Assembly (NCBI GenBank): GCA_964558645.1
Contig: CAZLEV010000001.1
Span: 189,568 to 253,567, forward strand
DNA: 64,000 nucleotides
Source of the DNA: an uncultured archaeon
GTDB taxonomy: Archaea > Asgardarchaeota > Thorarchaeia > Thorarchaeales > Thorarchaeaceae
Direction: 5' to 3'
The notes under the pieces were generated by a model. The model had not been told where the DNA came from. It ran no database searches and saw only the letters and a list, made by a program, of their open reading frames with translations. The stretch's first letter is position 1. Each line of letters opens with the position of its first letter. This document shows, piece after piece, positions 7,956-17,848 of this stretch. A program made the translations under genes and the position numbers.

Positions 7956-10880
7956 TTAGTCCGGAATGAAGACTTCCGTGAAAATGTAGAATAGGATGGA
8001 CTCAGGCGAAGGCATGACTTGGAATTGGAAGCAAATGATGTCTGTCATAGCCTCATAGTATACTGCGAAGAGGTTATCGCCTTCTATTGCACTGAACTCA
8101 AGCCACTCTTCACCGTTCCAGACTAAGCCTGTTATTGGCTCTGAGCAGTTGAAATAGGTCCAGTAAGCGGTCCCCTCTTCTAGCGTTGCGTTGAGGTACA
8201 GTGAGCCATCATCGTGTATCGAGTATGGCAGTGGGACTCCGAAGTACTCGGTCTCTCCATTATACCAAAGGGGATTGTCAATGCTTGAGCCAGCAATTGG
8301 CTGTGTGAACGCAATGATGTGTCCGATGGCGCCCGGTGCCGAAGTGGAAAACACAACCCGGATGAGCGCGATGCCACTGGATGGGTAGTTTTCTTCGAAG
8401 TAGCGGGGCAGCAGAAGCTCTCGCGGCCACTCACCATCAGCATATACACCTTCGTTTGATGCCAGTAGGTTCACCGCGTCCTCCCGATCATAGACTTCGA
8501 CATGCCAATCACACTCTATCTCGAATCCTGCGTCGACTTGGAGAAAGAGTGTGTAGTCGAAGTTTGGATCAAGAGGTAGTTCATACCAGGTGCAGCTGTC
8601 AGTTCGCCACCTGTCTGACTCGAGCAGGATTTCTTCATCGGGAACCATGCTTAGGGGGCTCTCGAATACTGCACCCTCTCTTGTCTCCTCCAGAAGCTCT
8701 AGCGTTCCACAAAGCATTGATGTCCAGTTGTACTGGGATATGGTGATTCGATAATCGCCAAATTCCCAGAAATACTCGGGATCAAAATTGACTAGAATCT
8801 GTTCACCACCTCCAATTCCTGGTTCTTCAAAAACCAGTCCCGAAGGCGACTCGATAGTGATGTTGAAGGCGCTTCCACCTGTTATGCTCGTGTAGTTGAC
8901 TATGAGAGTGTAGTTATTGAGGTCGAGAAGGTATGTGAAATTCCAAGAGACCAACCAAGGGTAGTCCCATATACTAGTGTTACCGAGGCCCCATGGCAGT
9001 TCGAAATCATATGGGCCTCCGTTTGGCGTAATTTGGGCCGGACCAGGACGCGGTATGGGCGAGACTGTCATGTTGATTTTGGCTGTCGAGTCCCCGACAT
9101 GGCTCTTGATAACGATGACCTCTTTGAGCTCCTTGTCGTGCCCCTCTGGGTTCACTGCTATATGCGGATAACTGGGTCCGTGATCGAAGGGCGAATTGAC
9201 CATTTTCTTTCGGCTTCCATCCCCATATACGTAGATTATGGTGATTTTCCACTTACTGTTTGAAGGATTCACATTGAACTTGATTTTGAACGGCTGCGTG
9301 CTGTTCACTTTGATTCGTTGTACAGCTGCCGAGTACGCATTCACGCTAACAGCATCGCTCACCGTGTCGTTGTTGTAGGTAACGTTCACGTGGGTCTTTC
9401 GTTCAGGAACGCCATTGTCCGTGATTGCATCTGTCATTAGCCACGCATGAAACTCCGCGACAATCTGTTCCCACGACTTCCCCAGCACTTGTGCGATGGC
9501 TTCCTTGGGGCTCACATCTTTAGAGTCGTTCTTGAAGTTGTCCACCGCAGTATCGAATATCTGCTTGAGCTTGTCTTCACCGAATGCTTCTGCAATGAAC
9601 TTGTTGAACAAGTAGGAACCCATATAGTCTGAATATGACCCGCCCCACCCCTTGAAGATAGACCTGTTGAGATCAGTAAAGTGCGTGTACCAGTTGTGAT
9701 CCTTGACTCGCTTGAACTCATCCTGGATTTCTTTGTGAGTGAGATTGTAGTTGGCACGTGTTGACTCGATTCCCCAGTAGGTCGCCTGCCCCTCAATCCA
9801 GAACTTGTTCGCGTATGGAGCATGGTCCACTGTATCATTACCTATCTTCTCAGTCTTGAATTGGAAGAGATGCATCAGCTCGTGTTCGCATACGTACTTC
9901 AGGTCGGCATCGCTCTTGATGGTGCCGACCCTGATTACGATGTTCCCTTTTGTTGACGCTGCCCCAACTGTCTCTGTTCTTGTTCCTTGAATGACTGTTA
10001 CGTTAATCTTGCCGGGTTTGTACGTGGCTGGTCCTCGTGTGAATCCCTTCTTGTGGTAGAAATCAAGGCTGTATGCGATGTGCTTCGCTATATCTTTGAG
10101 GCAATTGCTATCGACTCCACTTTTCGGATAAAAGTCAATCTTCTCGCCTTTTCCAGGAAGCATGGTGTCATCAATACCATCGAAAGAGAACTCCTGATTG
10201 ATTCCATTTGTGATTGTGAGGGTATACCCTGTCTCAACAGCGAGAAAGCTGAATACATTAGGTCTCGCTGGTGTAAGAAGACTCGCCATCCAGTCACTGG
10301 TGTTCGCTGAGTCGAAGCCGAACAGAGATATGGAACCTGTGTGATTCGATGGGATTGATGGGCCATCCTCTGATTCTGGCCATCCGTCGAAGTTCTGGTC
10401 TCCATTTCCTCCACCGTAGCGAACATAGTCCAGCACGTGGCCGTTGCTGTCGAAGATGCCTATCTCATCACCAGAGGGATCAAGAATTCTTTCTGTCAGT
10501 CCTAGATGGATGGTGGCTGATCCATCACTGGCATCTAGGTCGTCTTCTCCTGCACCGCTGAAGATTGCGATGTAGTTCTCACCTTCAACATTGGAGACAG
10601 TGGGTAGCGCAAGCATACCTTCAGCACCGAAGGTTGTGACATACCATCCCTCAATCCTCTGCCCCACATAACCCCCCGGCAAATAGATCTCAAAGTATTC
10701 TTCATCCACAGATAGTGTCTGGTTGCAATGGATTTCACTGATCAGGACATCATCGGCGTAAGCTGATTGAATGTCCAAGGGGCTAGGGGCACCGGGCTGT
10801 TGCAGTAATAGCAAGACTGCGATACCGGAGGCCGCAAGAATCATCACGATAAGCACAGCAGCAGTTCCTTTCTGATTCAA
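7956..10880 (-). CDS. Large membrane-anchored/secreted protein: lamin-tail domain, HExxH metallopeptidase and C-terminal beta-rich repeats
   Basis: N-terminal TM; VLISEIH..EEYFEIY..GDEIGIFD..G.VLDYVRYG (LTD-like); HELMHLFQ...WIEGQATY (gluzincin-like); many N-x-S/T sequons. Confidence 0.75.
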   Translation of the reverse strand: MNQKGTAAVLIVMILAASGIAVLLLLQQPGAPSPLDIQSAYADDVLISEIHCNQTLSVDEEYFEIYLPGGYVGQRIEGWYVTTFGAEGMLALPTVSNVEGENYIAIFSGAGEDDLDASDGSATIHLGLTERILDPSGDEIGIFDSNGHVLDYVRYGGGNGDQNFDGWPESEDGPSIPSNHTGSISLFGFDSANTSDWMASLLTPARPNVFSFLAVETGYTLTITNGINQEFSFDGIDDTMLPGKGEKIDFYPKSGVDSNCLKDIAKHIAYSLDFYHKKGFTRGPATYKPGKINVTVIQGTRTETVGAASTKGNIVIRVGTIKSDADLKYVCEHELMHLFQFKTEKIGNDTVDHAPYANKFWIEGQATYWGIESTRANYNLTHKEIQDEFKRVKDHNWYTHFTDLNRSIFKGWGGSYSDYMGSYLFNKFIAEAFGEDKLKQIFDTAVDNFKNDSKDVSPKEAIAQVLGKSWEQIVAEFHAWLMTDAITDNGVPERKTHVNVTYNNDTVSDAVSVNAYSAAVQRIKVNSTQPFKIKFNVNPSNSKWKITIIYVYGDGSRKKMVNSPFDHGPSYPHIAVNPEGHDKELKEVIVIKSHVGDSTAKINMTVSPIPRPGPAQITPNGGPYDFELPWGLGNTSIWDYPWLVSWNFTYLLDLNNYTLIVNYTSITGGSAFNITIESPSGLVFEEPGIGGGEQILVNFDPEYFWEFGDYRITISQYNWTSMLCGTLELLEETREGAVFESPLSMVPDEEILLESDRWRTDSCTWYELPLDPNFDYTLFLQVDAGFEIECDWHVEVYDREDAVNLLASNEGVYADGEWPRELLLPRYFEENYPSSGIALIRVVFSTSAPGAIGHIIAFTQPIAGSSIDNPLWYNGETEYFGVPLPYSIHDDGSLYLNATLEEGTAYWTYFNCSEPITGLVWNGEEWLEFSAIEGDNLFAVYYEAMTDIICFQFQVMPSPESILFYIFTEVFIPD

Positions 10881-11081
10881 AGTAGGCTTCCTGAAACCGG
10901 TAGTGGCTCGGACAGGAATTCAGAAGACCAGTATTTGTTTGTTTTGTGTTCCTTCTCCGATTTGAACTGCACCTTGACAGAGGGAAGAGCTGCAGGCTAA
11001 TGGCATTCTTCTCCAGCATCTCTCGAGTGAGGGGCGTCTTGCTGTTTGTCTAGAGCTACTATATTTGCAGCATTGGTCCAG

Positions 11082-11117
11082 AAAAAGAATAGCCCTCGGG
11101 ATGCAGCCCTGAGGGCT
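11082..11117 (-). terminator. Hairpin plus U-tract downstream of rubrerythrin
   Basis: AGCCCTC..GGG/CCC..GAGGGCT stem followed on the minus strand by ATTCTTTTT. Confidence 0.55.
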
Positions 11118-11131
11118 TCTTGATTGCTGAG

Positions 11132-11716
11132 CTAGAACTCGGCGGTATGAATCATGAAGTGCCCCTTGGGATGATCACATGCGGGACATTTCTCAGGGGG
11201 TGTTTCGCCCTCGTGGATGTAACCGCAATTCTGACATCTCCATCGGACCTTTCTGTCCCTGTGGAAGACACTGCCATCATCAATCTTATCAGCAAGTATC
11301 TTGAAACGGTCGTGGTGCCACTTCTCTGCGTCTGCAATTCTTCGCCATGTTACGGCGATTTTATTCAACCCTTCCTTCTCAGCTATATCGGCGAAACCAG
11401 GATACATGTTGGTGAACTCATGGTGTTCCCCTTCAGCGGCTGCTCGAAGGTTTTCGACTGTGGTGCCCATGGGCCCAGTGGGAAACTCATACTCTATCTC
11501 TAGTGCTGGATTGGCATTCCCCTCTTTGAGGAATTTGAAGAATCGTTTTGCGTGTTCCTTCTCTTGGTCTGCAGTCTCTAGGAATACGTTCATGGCCAGA
11601 ACGTACCCTTCCTTCTTGGCAATCTTGGCCCAGTACGTGTAACGATTGCGGGCCTGTGACTCGCCCGCAAACGAGATCAGCAGGTTCTTCTCTGTCTGCG
11701 TTCCCTTAAGTTCCAT
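11132..11716 (-). CDS. rbr: Rubrerythrin
   Basis: FAGESQARNRY, EKEHA, EKWHH di-iron motifs; C-terminal rubredoxin-like CQNC...CPAC. Confidence 0.95.
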   Translation of the reverse strand: MELKGTQTEKNLLISFAGESQARNRYTYWAKIAKKEGYVLAMNVFLETADQEKEHAKRFFKFLKEGNANPALEIEYEFPTGPMGTTVENLRAAAEGEHHEFTNMYPGFADIAEKEGLNKIAVTWRRIADAEKWHHDRFKILADKIDDGSVFHRDRKVRWRCQNCGYIHEGETPPEKCPACDHPKGHFMIHTAEF

Positions 11717-11823
11717 CTGTGTCGTTTCTCCTCTCTATAGTGCGTCACTGTTGCAACGCAGGTATGGAGTATTTTACGTGGCTGGCCAAACTGATGTTTA
11801 TAAGAATACCCTTAGGCCTATCT

Positions 11824-11845
11824 AAAAAAATGAAGGGGCGCCTTC
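11824..11845 (-). terminator. Hairpin plus U7 downstream of fprA
   Basis: GAAGG/CCTTC stem then TTTTTTT on the minus strand. Confidence 0.5.
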
Positions 11846-11869
11846 TTCTGATCCGTGTCTGTACGGTAT

Positions 11870-13054
11870 TCATCTGAGTCTGGTCGCGATTGCCTTGGCA
11901 AGTTCCTTGATCTTGGCTTCTTCCTCTGGATTCGGTCTGGCTTTCACTCGGATTACAGGGTCCATAATCTCAAAATTCTGCTCCCGGAGCCACTTGTTCA
12001 GCCGTCTGACTCCACCGCCTCCCCATCCGAAGGTACCGAATAGACCGACAGGTCTCTCTGCAAATCGCTTCCCCTCCATCTCACTCACAAAACTCCAGAC
12101 TTTCGGGAACGGGTATGCATCGTATGTTGGGCTGCCAATCACCAAGATACCAGCTCGCATGGAGTCGACAAGAATGTCCCCTGTCCTTGCATAGGACACA
12201 TTGTGGACCTTCACATCAACTCCTAGTTCAATGAGTTCTTTTTTCAGTTTGATAGCCAGCCTATGTGTATACCCGTACATCGAACCATAAAGAATGCAGC
12301 ATGTTCTCTCAAGATCGGGACTGCTCCATTCCGCATACTTCTCGACAATCCACATCGGATTCTCACGATAGACTGGACCATGACTAGGTGCAATCACGTC
12401 GATCTCAATACCCAGATCTTTAACCTTGGCTATGCCCCTCTGAACAAACTTGAGATAGCTCGTGATGATTGTGGACAGGTAGCGTCTGCTCTCTTGCTCC
12501 ACCATGCGTAGATCAATCTCATCGTCGAAGATGTTGCCATTGAGTGCTCCATAGGCACCGAACGCGTCACACGAGAAGAGAATCCTATCCTCAATCAGGT
12601 ATGTCAGCATGGTCTCGGGCCAGTGCAAGAACATCGCGTGCACAAACTTCAGCGTCTTTGAACCAAGAGATATCTCTTCAAGGTCTTCAACAGTCTTCTC
12701 CTTGAGTCCAACATCGTAGAATGACTTCTGCATGGGAGCGGCTTTGGGAGTGTAGACCATGATGGCATTCTTGGCAATCTCTGCAATATGTGGTAGGGCA
12801 CCTGTGTGATCTGGTTCCATATGATTGAGGATGATATAGTCTATCTTGGACGGGTCGACAATCTCCCTGATGTTGTCGAGCCACTCCTCCGTCCAAGGCT
12901 CTTTCACGGTCTCAATCAAAGCTATCTTTTCGTCGACAACCAAGTAGCTATTGTACGATACGCCCAGCGGAATCTCCCAGAGGTTCTCAAATAGCTCTGT
13001 GTGGTGATCGTCCACACCAACGTAATAGACATCTTTCGCAATCTCTCTATGCAT
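11870..13054 (-). CDS. fprA: Flavodiiron protein (FprA/A-type flavoprotein)
   Basis: G.SYNSYL, HMEPDH, LHWPE, SCDAFG, PSHG; flavodoxin domain SMYGYT, GSPT, FGTFGWGGG. Confidence 0.95.
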   Translation of the reverse strand: MHREIAKDVYYVGVDDHHTELFENLWEIPLGVSYNSYLVVDEKIALIETVKEPWTEEWLDNIREIVDPSKIDYIILNHMEPDHTGALPHIAEIAKNAIMVYTPKAAPMQKSFYDVGLKEKTVEDLEEISLGSKTLKFVHAMFLHWPETMLTYLIEDRILFSCDAFGAYGALNGNIFDDEIDLRMVEQESRRYLSTIITSYLKFVQRGIAKVKDLGIEIDVIAPSHGPVYRENPMWIVEKYAEWSSPDLERTCCILYGSMYGYTHRLAIKLKKELIELGVDVKVHNVSYARTGDILVDSMRAGILVIGSPTYDAYPFPKVWSFVSEMEGKRFAERPVGLFGTFGWGGGGVRRLNKWLREQNFEIMDPVIRVKARPNPEEEAKIKELAKAIATRLR

Positions 13055-13200
13055 AGTTCTCTGCTCCGCAATCGTTCTTGTTCATCCTCAGTCAGTGTTT
13101 GATATAAGAACTGCCATATGGTTACTCGATGCTCAATGGGTTTTGACCGGTAGGGAACATTTTTCTTATGATTCGATTCTTCTCTTTCTTTGTGAGTACA

Positions 13201-14247
13201 ATGGTAAAGACAGAGAGCTTCAGAGGCAGAGACTACATCACTCTGCTTGATTACAGTAAGGAAGAGATTGAGACTCTCATCGATGTTGCACTAGATCTGA
13301 AGAAGAAATATGCGCTGTGGGAGCCACACAAGCTTCTTGACGCCAAGACTTTGTTCATGATCTTCTATAACCAATCACTTCGTACGCGGAATTCGTTTGA
13401 GGCAGGCATGACCCAACTGGGTGGTCACGCTCACTTCTTGGATCCAAGCAAGATTTATGCCCCTGCACTTGAAGGTGATGAGAAAGCATACTCTACTGAA
13501 CGCGTGTCAGATGTAGCACGGGTTCTGGCAAGAATGGGACAAGGAATCGCAATCCGTTGCTATGGGGATCCTGTCGGTTGGCAATATGGCCGAGCAAATG
13601 AGATCATCAACAACTTTGCTCACTGGGCAGACATTCCCGTCATCAACATGGAGGATGATAAGTATCACCCCTGTCAGGCACTGGCCGACGTGATGACAGT
13701 GAAGGAGAAATTCGGGACTTTCAAAGACGTTAAGTTCGTGATGAGTTGGGCCTATTCTCCGTCGGTCCATAAGCCACTCGCCGTTCCACAGAGTGCAATC
13801 ATCGGTGCCACCAAGATGGGCATGGAGACCGTCCTCGCCCATCCCAAGGGTATGGAACTGGATGACGAGATTCTGGACAAATGTAGAGTCTATGCTGAGG
13901 AGAACAACTCAAGCTTTGAGATAGTAAACGACATGGAGGAAGCCTTTGAAGGTGCTCATGTTGTGTATCCAAAGGCCTGGACTTGCAAAGAGTTCATTCC
14001 GCCCTTCAATGACAAGCCCGAACTCGAGAGGTCGCAAGAGGTCTTCGACAAGAACAAACACTGGATCTGCGATGACGACATGCTGAGGAATGCTCGTTCA
14101 GACGCTTATTACATGCATTGCCTACCTGCAGACCGAGGGTTTGAAGTGTCGAATTCAGTCATTGATGGCCCGCAGTCGATTGTCTTTGACCAGGCAGAGA
14201 ATCGGATGCATGGTCAGAAAGCGGTCCTTGCCCTCACCATGAGATGA
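13201..14247 (+). CDS. Knotted (YgeW-like) carbamoyltransferase, ATCase/OTCase superfamily
   Basis: SLRT, HPCQ, SWAYSPSVHKPLAVPQ, YPKAW, HCLPAD, QAENR; no DxxxSMG ornithine motif; start placed at ATG 13201. Confidence 0.85.
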   Translation: MVKTESFRGRDYITLLDYSKEEIETLIDVALDLKKKYALWEPHKLLDAKTLFMIFYNQSLRTRNSFEAGMTQLGGHAHFLDPSKIYAPALEGDEKAYSTERVSDVARVLARMGQGIAIRCYGDPVGWQYGRANEIINNFAHWADIPVINMEDDKYHPCQALADVMTVKEKFGTFKDVKFVMSWAYSPSVHKPLAVPQSAIIGATKMGMETVLAHPKGMELDDEILDKCRVYAEENNSSFEIVNDMEEAFEGAHVVYPKAWTCKEFIPPFNDKPELERSQEVFDKNKHWICDDDMLRNARSDAYYMHCLPADRGFEVSNSVIDGPQSIVFDQAENRMHGQKAVLALTMR

Positions 14248-14282
14248 TTCTGGACCTGCTTCAGAGGCCAATTTTCTCTTGA

Positions 14283-14318
14283 GAGTGCCGATCTGGCACT
14301 CGTCCCCTTTCTTTCTTT
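14283..14318 (+). terminator. Hairpin plus pyrimidine tract
   Basis: GAGTGCC-GATCT-GGCACTC then CCCCTTTCTTTCTTT. Confidence 0.5.
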
Positions 14319-14406
14319 ACGATTCCCAAGCAATTAAGTACACACTCTGGAAATCAGGTTTTTAGGAAGCCACTAGTGCAGAAACCCACATGTTGGTGTC
14401 AATGAA

Positions 14407-14718
14407 GTGAAGGCGAGAATGCTTATCAAAGGCCGAGTCCAAGGTGTCGGTTTTCGGGCAACTACGAGAAAGATAGCCCGCGAGATTGGGCTAGAAGGTC
14501 TCGTAAGAAATCTTCGTGATGGAAGAGTAGAGGTGTTCTGTGAAGGCACTCGGGACGAGATTTATGAACTCGCAGAGAGATTGAAAAGCTTGGAGCGGAC
14601 AGTTCTTGACGTCCGTCCTCGTGTGGAGGAGCTTTCAATCCACTATGAGGGTGAAACTGGCTTCTCTCCAGCTTGGAGTGACTATTCTGGATTTGAGGTT
14701 GATCACAGTCTGGGTTGA
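14407..14718 (+). CDS. acyP: Acylphosphatase
   Basis: GRVQGVGFR and G.VRNL.DGRVE signatures. Confidence 0.92.
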   Translation: MKARMLIKGRVQGVGFRATTRKIAREIGLEGLVRNLRDGRVEVFCEGTRDEIYELAERLKSLERTVLDVRPRVEELSIHYEGETGFSPAWSDYSGFEVDHSLG

Positions 14719-14818
14719 TCAGGCCTACTGCCCGTGTCTTCTGTTGGTCATTGTCAGGCTACCGCGATCTTGAGATAGAGTTATAGATGTGCGTCATGGA
14801 TGTGGACGGTGATCGAGT

Positions 14819-15880
14819 ATGACTATTTACGGACGAGACCTTATTACAACCCAAGATTGGCCTGTTGAGTACATCGAGCGGGCATTGGAGCTCGCCGTCG
14901 AGTTCAAAGATGACCGTTATAATCATCCTTTGAGAAACTGCCTCGATAGACGAACTTTCGCGATGTTCTTTTACAATCCAAGTGTGCGTACCCGGCAGTC
15001 CTTTGAGGCTGCAGCAACAGAGCTTGGCGGTCACGCACAATTCCTCGAACCGAAGAGCATGCGTCTGAAATCTGCGAAGAGCGCAGGCGAAACGATTGAA
15101 GATGCGGCCAACGTGATGAGCAGGTATTTTGTCGGGATAGGAATCCGGATACTGGAAACAGCCATAGAGGAGTACGGACAGGGCGACGAACTGCTTCGAG
15201 AATATGCACAGCATGCTAGCATACCTATTGTTTCGATGGCTCACGACAAGTTCCATCCCTGCCAGGGACTTGCTGATGTAATGGGCATGAGGCAGCACGC
15301 TGGAGACCTCAAGGGCAAGAAGCTTCTCCAAGTCTGGGGCAAGGGCGCACTGGTTCGTTCTTGGTCATCGGTACAGGAGAGTGTTCTCATCAATTCGCGT
15401 CTTGGCATGGATGTGACTCTTTGTCATCCCGAGGGCTATGATCTTGATCCTGAAGTGATCAAAACGTGCGAACAGAATGCCGAGTCCTCGGACAGCACCT
15501 TTGAGATTGTGCACGATCTGGAGGAGGGCTACGACGGAGCCAGTTTCGTCTACTCAAGAAATTGGATGACTTCTAACTACTATGACCTGGCAAAGAAACA
15601 CGGTGCTGAGGAAGCGAAGAAGCGAGAGATTGAGAGGGCTCTGGAGTACGATGACTGGATAACAACCAAGAAGTGGATGGATAAGACCGACGACGCTTTC
15701 TTCATTCATTGCGGTCCTGTTGACCGAAACTCTGAAGTCACTGACGAGGTTGTGGATGGACCGCGGTCGATCGTCTACGACATTGCAGAGAACAGGCTCC
15801 ATGTCCAGAAGGCTGTGATGGCCCTCACTATGGCTCGAACTGAGGCTGAAGATTACCCACCAGAAGATTTCGGAATCTAA
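14819..15880 (+). CDS. Second, divergent carbamoyltransferase (OTCase-like, unknown substrate)
   Basis: SVRT, HPCQ, YSRNW, HCGP (not HCLP), AENRLH; no SMG motif. Confidence 0.85.
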   Translation: MTIYGRDLITTQDWPVEYIERALELAVEFKDDRYNHPLRNCLDRRTFAMFFYNPSVRTRQSFEAAATELGGHAQFLEPKSMRLKSAKSAGETIEDAANVMSRYFVGIGIRILETAIEEYGQGDELLREYAQHASIPIVSMAHDKFHPCQGLADVMGMRQHAGDLKGKKLLQVWGKGALVRSWSSVQESVLINSRLGMDVTLCHPEGYDLDPEVIKTCEQNAESSDSTFEIVHDLEEGYDGASFVYSRNWMTSNYYDLAKKHGAEEAKKREIERALEYDDWITTKKWMDKTDDAFFIHCGPVDRNSEVTDEVVDGPRSIVYDIAENRLHVQKAVMALTMARTEAEDYPPEDFGI

Positions 15881-15902
15881 TGGAGTTTCTGTCGTGTTAG
15901 CA

Positions 15903-16055
15903 TCCAATCTTTGTAGTGTCAAAGGCAATCGGCGCCACCGGCATCTTGACCCTGTGATTACGGCAGTACGGTGAGTGGAACCCCTTCTGCTTCACAGTCC
16001 GAGGAATAAAGAATTGTCTATCGTCTGTGTACTCCTCTATGATATGCAGAAGGAG
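15903..16055 (-). mobile_element. Probable decayed third copy of the GGT-core mini-element (inverted)
   Basis: Ordered blocks matching the reverse complement of copy 2 (CACCGG..TCTTG.CC...ACGGCAGT...GGAAC..TTCAC..TCCG..AGG...GAA.TGTCTA); ends degenerate. Confidence 0.4.
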
Positions 16056-16187
16056 GCTGAGTGCGCCTTCGTCTTTATTTGAACCCTGGCTACGAAGGTA
16101 TTTCTGCGACGCTACAGCAAGTCAAGAAAAAGTTGAGGTTGCGCATAGGTTAGAGCTATGCTCACACCTTGCTGCCAGAGTACTGGA

Positions 16188-16745
16188 CTACGGTTGACCA
16201 ACAGTGAAAGTCCTGTTGACCGGAGTCAGAGTCTTGTCGATAACAGGCGAAGAGAAACCTGGTGGCGTTACCACAATGCTGATTGTTATAACCAACGTGA
16301 AGATGCCTTCTCCAACGATACCCTCTTCGGGACCTAGAAGGACTTCAACATTCTTCGTTCCTGTTCCGCCCTGAACACCTGGTTCAATCCTGATCTCTAC
16401 CGTATTATTGCTGGGTGTCCTTAGCGACAGCGTGATTGCTATGTCTACTAATGCTCCATCGCTATCTCCCTCTCCCGATGAAGAGGTTATTCCTGTCACA
16501 CGTGTCATTGCGTATTCGTATCCGCTGATGTTGCGGAGTGAAACAGCTGCTCGCTCGATGCCTACGATGAACGATGGAATCTGCAGCACTTGATGCCCGA
16601 CTGTAACAGAGGCAGTGCCTCCGGAGCCGACGGATATTCCCATGTCCAGATTTGCTACTTGTACTTGTGTGCCATAGAGTAGGATTGGTGAGGCTGCTGC
16701 AACAACCACGATAATCACAACTACGGCGGCAATCTTACCTCTCAT
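16188..16745 (-). CDS. Hypothetical exported protein (N-terminal TM, beta-rich)
   Basis: MRGKIAAVVVIIVVVAAA signal/anchor; start moved to ATG 16745. Confidence 0.65.
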   Translation of the reverse strand: MRGKIAAVVVIIVVVAAASPILLYGTQVQVANLDMGISVGSGGTASVTVGHQVLQIPSFIVGIERAAVSLRNISGYEYAMTRVTGITSSSGEGDSDGALVDIAITLSLRTPSNNTVEIRIEPGVQGGTGTKNVEVLLGPEEGIVGEGIFTLVITISIVVTPPGFSSPVIDKTLTPVNRTFTVGQP

Positions 16746-16881
16746 CTCGTAATTCACTATAGTAAATTCATCAATATGCCTTATAGGTGTTATCAAATGA
16801 GATTCTCATGACAGGTTCTGGGTGCGGTGGCATTTTCCTCTGCCGTCAGACCTAAAAGTATGGTTCATCATTGTTAATTAG

Positions 16882-17760
16882 ATGTTGAATATGAAGAGCG
16901 ATGAAACACCATTTGGCTTTGGAAACTTGAAATGGGTTTCCACAAACTGGCTGGAAACGCATCTTGATGAAATCAAGATCATAGATGTTCAGCCTGATAT
17001 CCACGATTATATCAAGGCTCACATTCCAGGAGCCGTTTACTTCGCACAGAAACTTCTGAGAGTTCCGGAGCACGGACGTCCGGGGGTGTACATCGAGCCG
17101 AAGCAATTCGAGGCTCTTATGAGCCGTATCGGTGTGAGCAATGACACACCTGTCGTAATCTACACTGGAAAGGGACTGCATCAGGGGTGGGGCGACGGGC
17201 TCGACCAGCCCATGCTTGGATATACTCTGTTGCGATTCGGCCACAGGGAGGTCTACCTGCTAGACGGGGGCTTCGACAAATGGACCAAAGAGGGCAAACT
17301 GATCACCCAGGAGTTCCCAGCTGTCAAGCCCGCTGAATTCAAGGCAAAGGTCAACAAAGATATGTTTGCTGACCTGAAGGAGGTTGAGAAGCTTAAGGAC
17401 AAGGATGATGCCATCTTGCTTGACGCAAGACCGGCAAACTGGTACAAGGGAGAAGACAGCCCTTGGATTCGCGATGGGCACATACCTGGAGCCGTAAACC
17501 TTCCGTGGAAGAGCCTAATGCATCCAGAGAACGCGACTGAGCTCAAGCCAGTGGAAGAGATTAGGGCGTTGGTGGAAGAGGTTGGTGCAACGAAGGACAA
17601 GACGATTATCTGCTCTTGCGGAACAGGTCGCGAGGCCACAAACGAATACACGATCTTCAAGCACCTCCTCGACTATCCCAACGTCAAGTTGTATGAAGGT
17701 AGCTTCACCGAGTGGACTGAAGACCCCGACCGACCAGTTGCTACCGGTATGGAGCCATAG
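16882..17760 (+). CDS. Tandem-domain sulfurtransferase (rhodanese/SseA family)
   Basis: HIPGA twice, LDGG...W, active-site loop CSCGTGRE, C-terminal LYEGSFTEW. Confidence 0.92.
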   Translation: MLNMKSDETPFGFGNLKWVSTNWLETHLDEIKIIDVQPDIHDYIKAHIPGAVYFAQKLLRVPEHGRPGVYIEPKQFEALMSRIGVSNDTPVVIYTGKGLHQGWGDGLDQPMLGYTLLRFGHREVYLLDGGFDKWTKEGKLITQEFPAVKPAEFKAKVNKDMFADLKEVEKLKDKDDAILLDARPANWYKGEDSPWIRDGHIPGAVNLPWKSLMHPENATELKPVEEIRALVEEVGATKDKTIICSCGTGREATNEYTIFKHLLDYPNVKLYEGSFTEWTEDPDRPVATGMEP

Positions 17761-17769
17761 AAGTTAGAG

Positions 17770-17838
17770 AACGAGACTTGGTGTTGGGAGTGTGGAATCT
17801 CCCACGCCTTGCTCGTTATACCGATTTTTCTTTCTTTC
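17770..17838 (+). terminator. Long imperfect hairpin plus U-rich tract between convergent genes
   Basis: AACGAG..TGGGAG/CTCCCA..CTCGTT then TTTTTCTTTCTTT. Confidence 0.45.
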
Positions 17839-17848
17839 AGCTCCGGCT

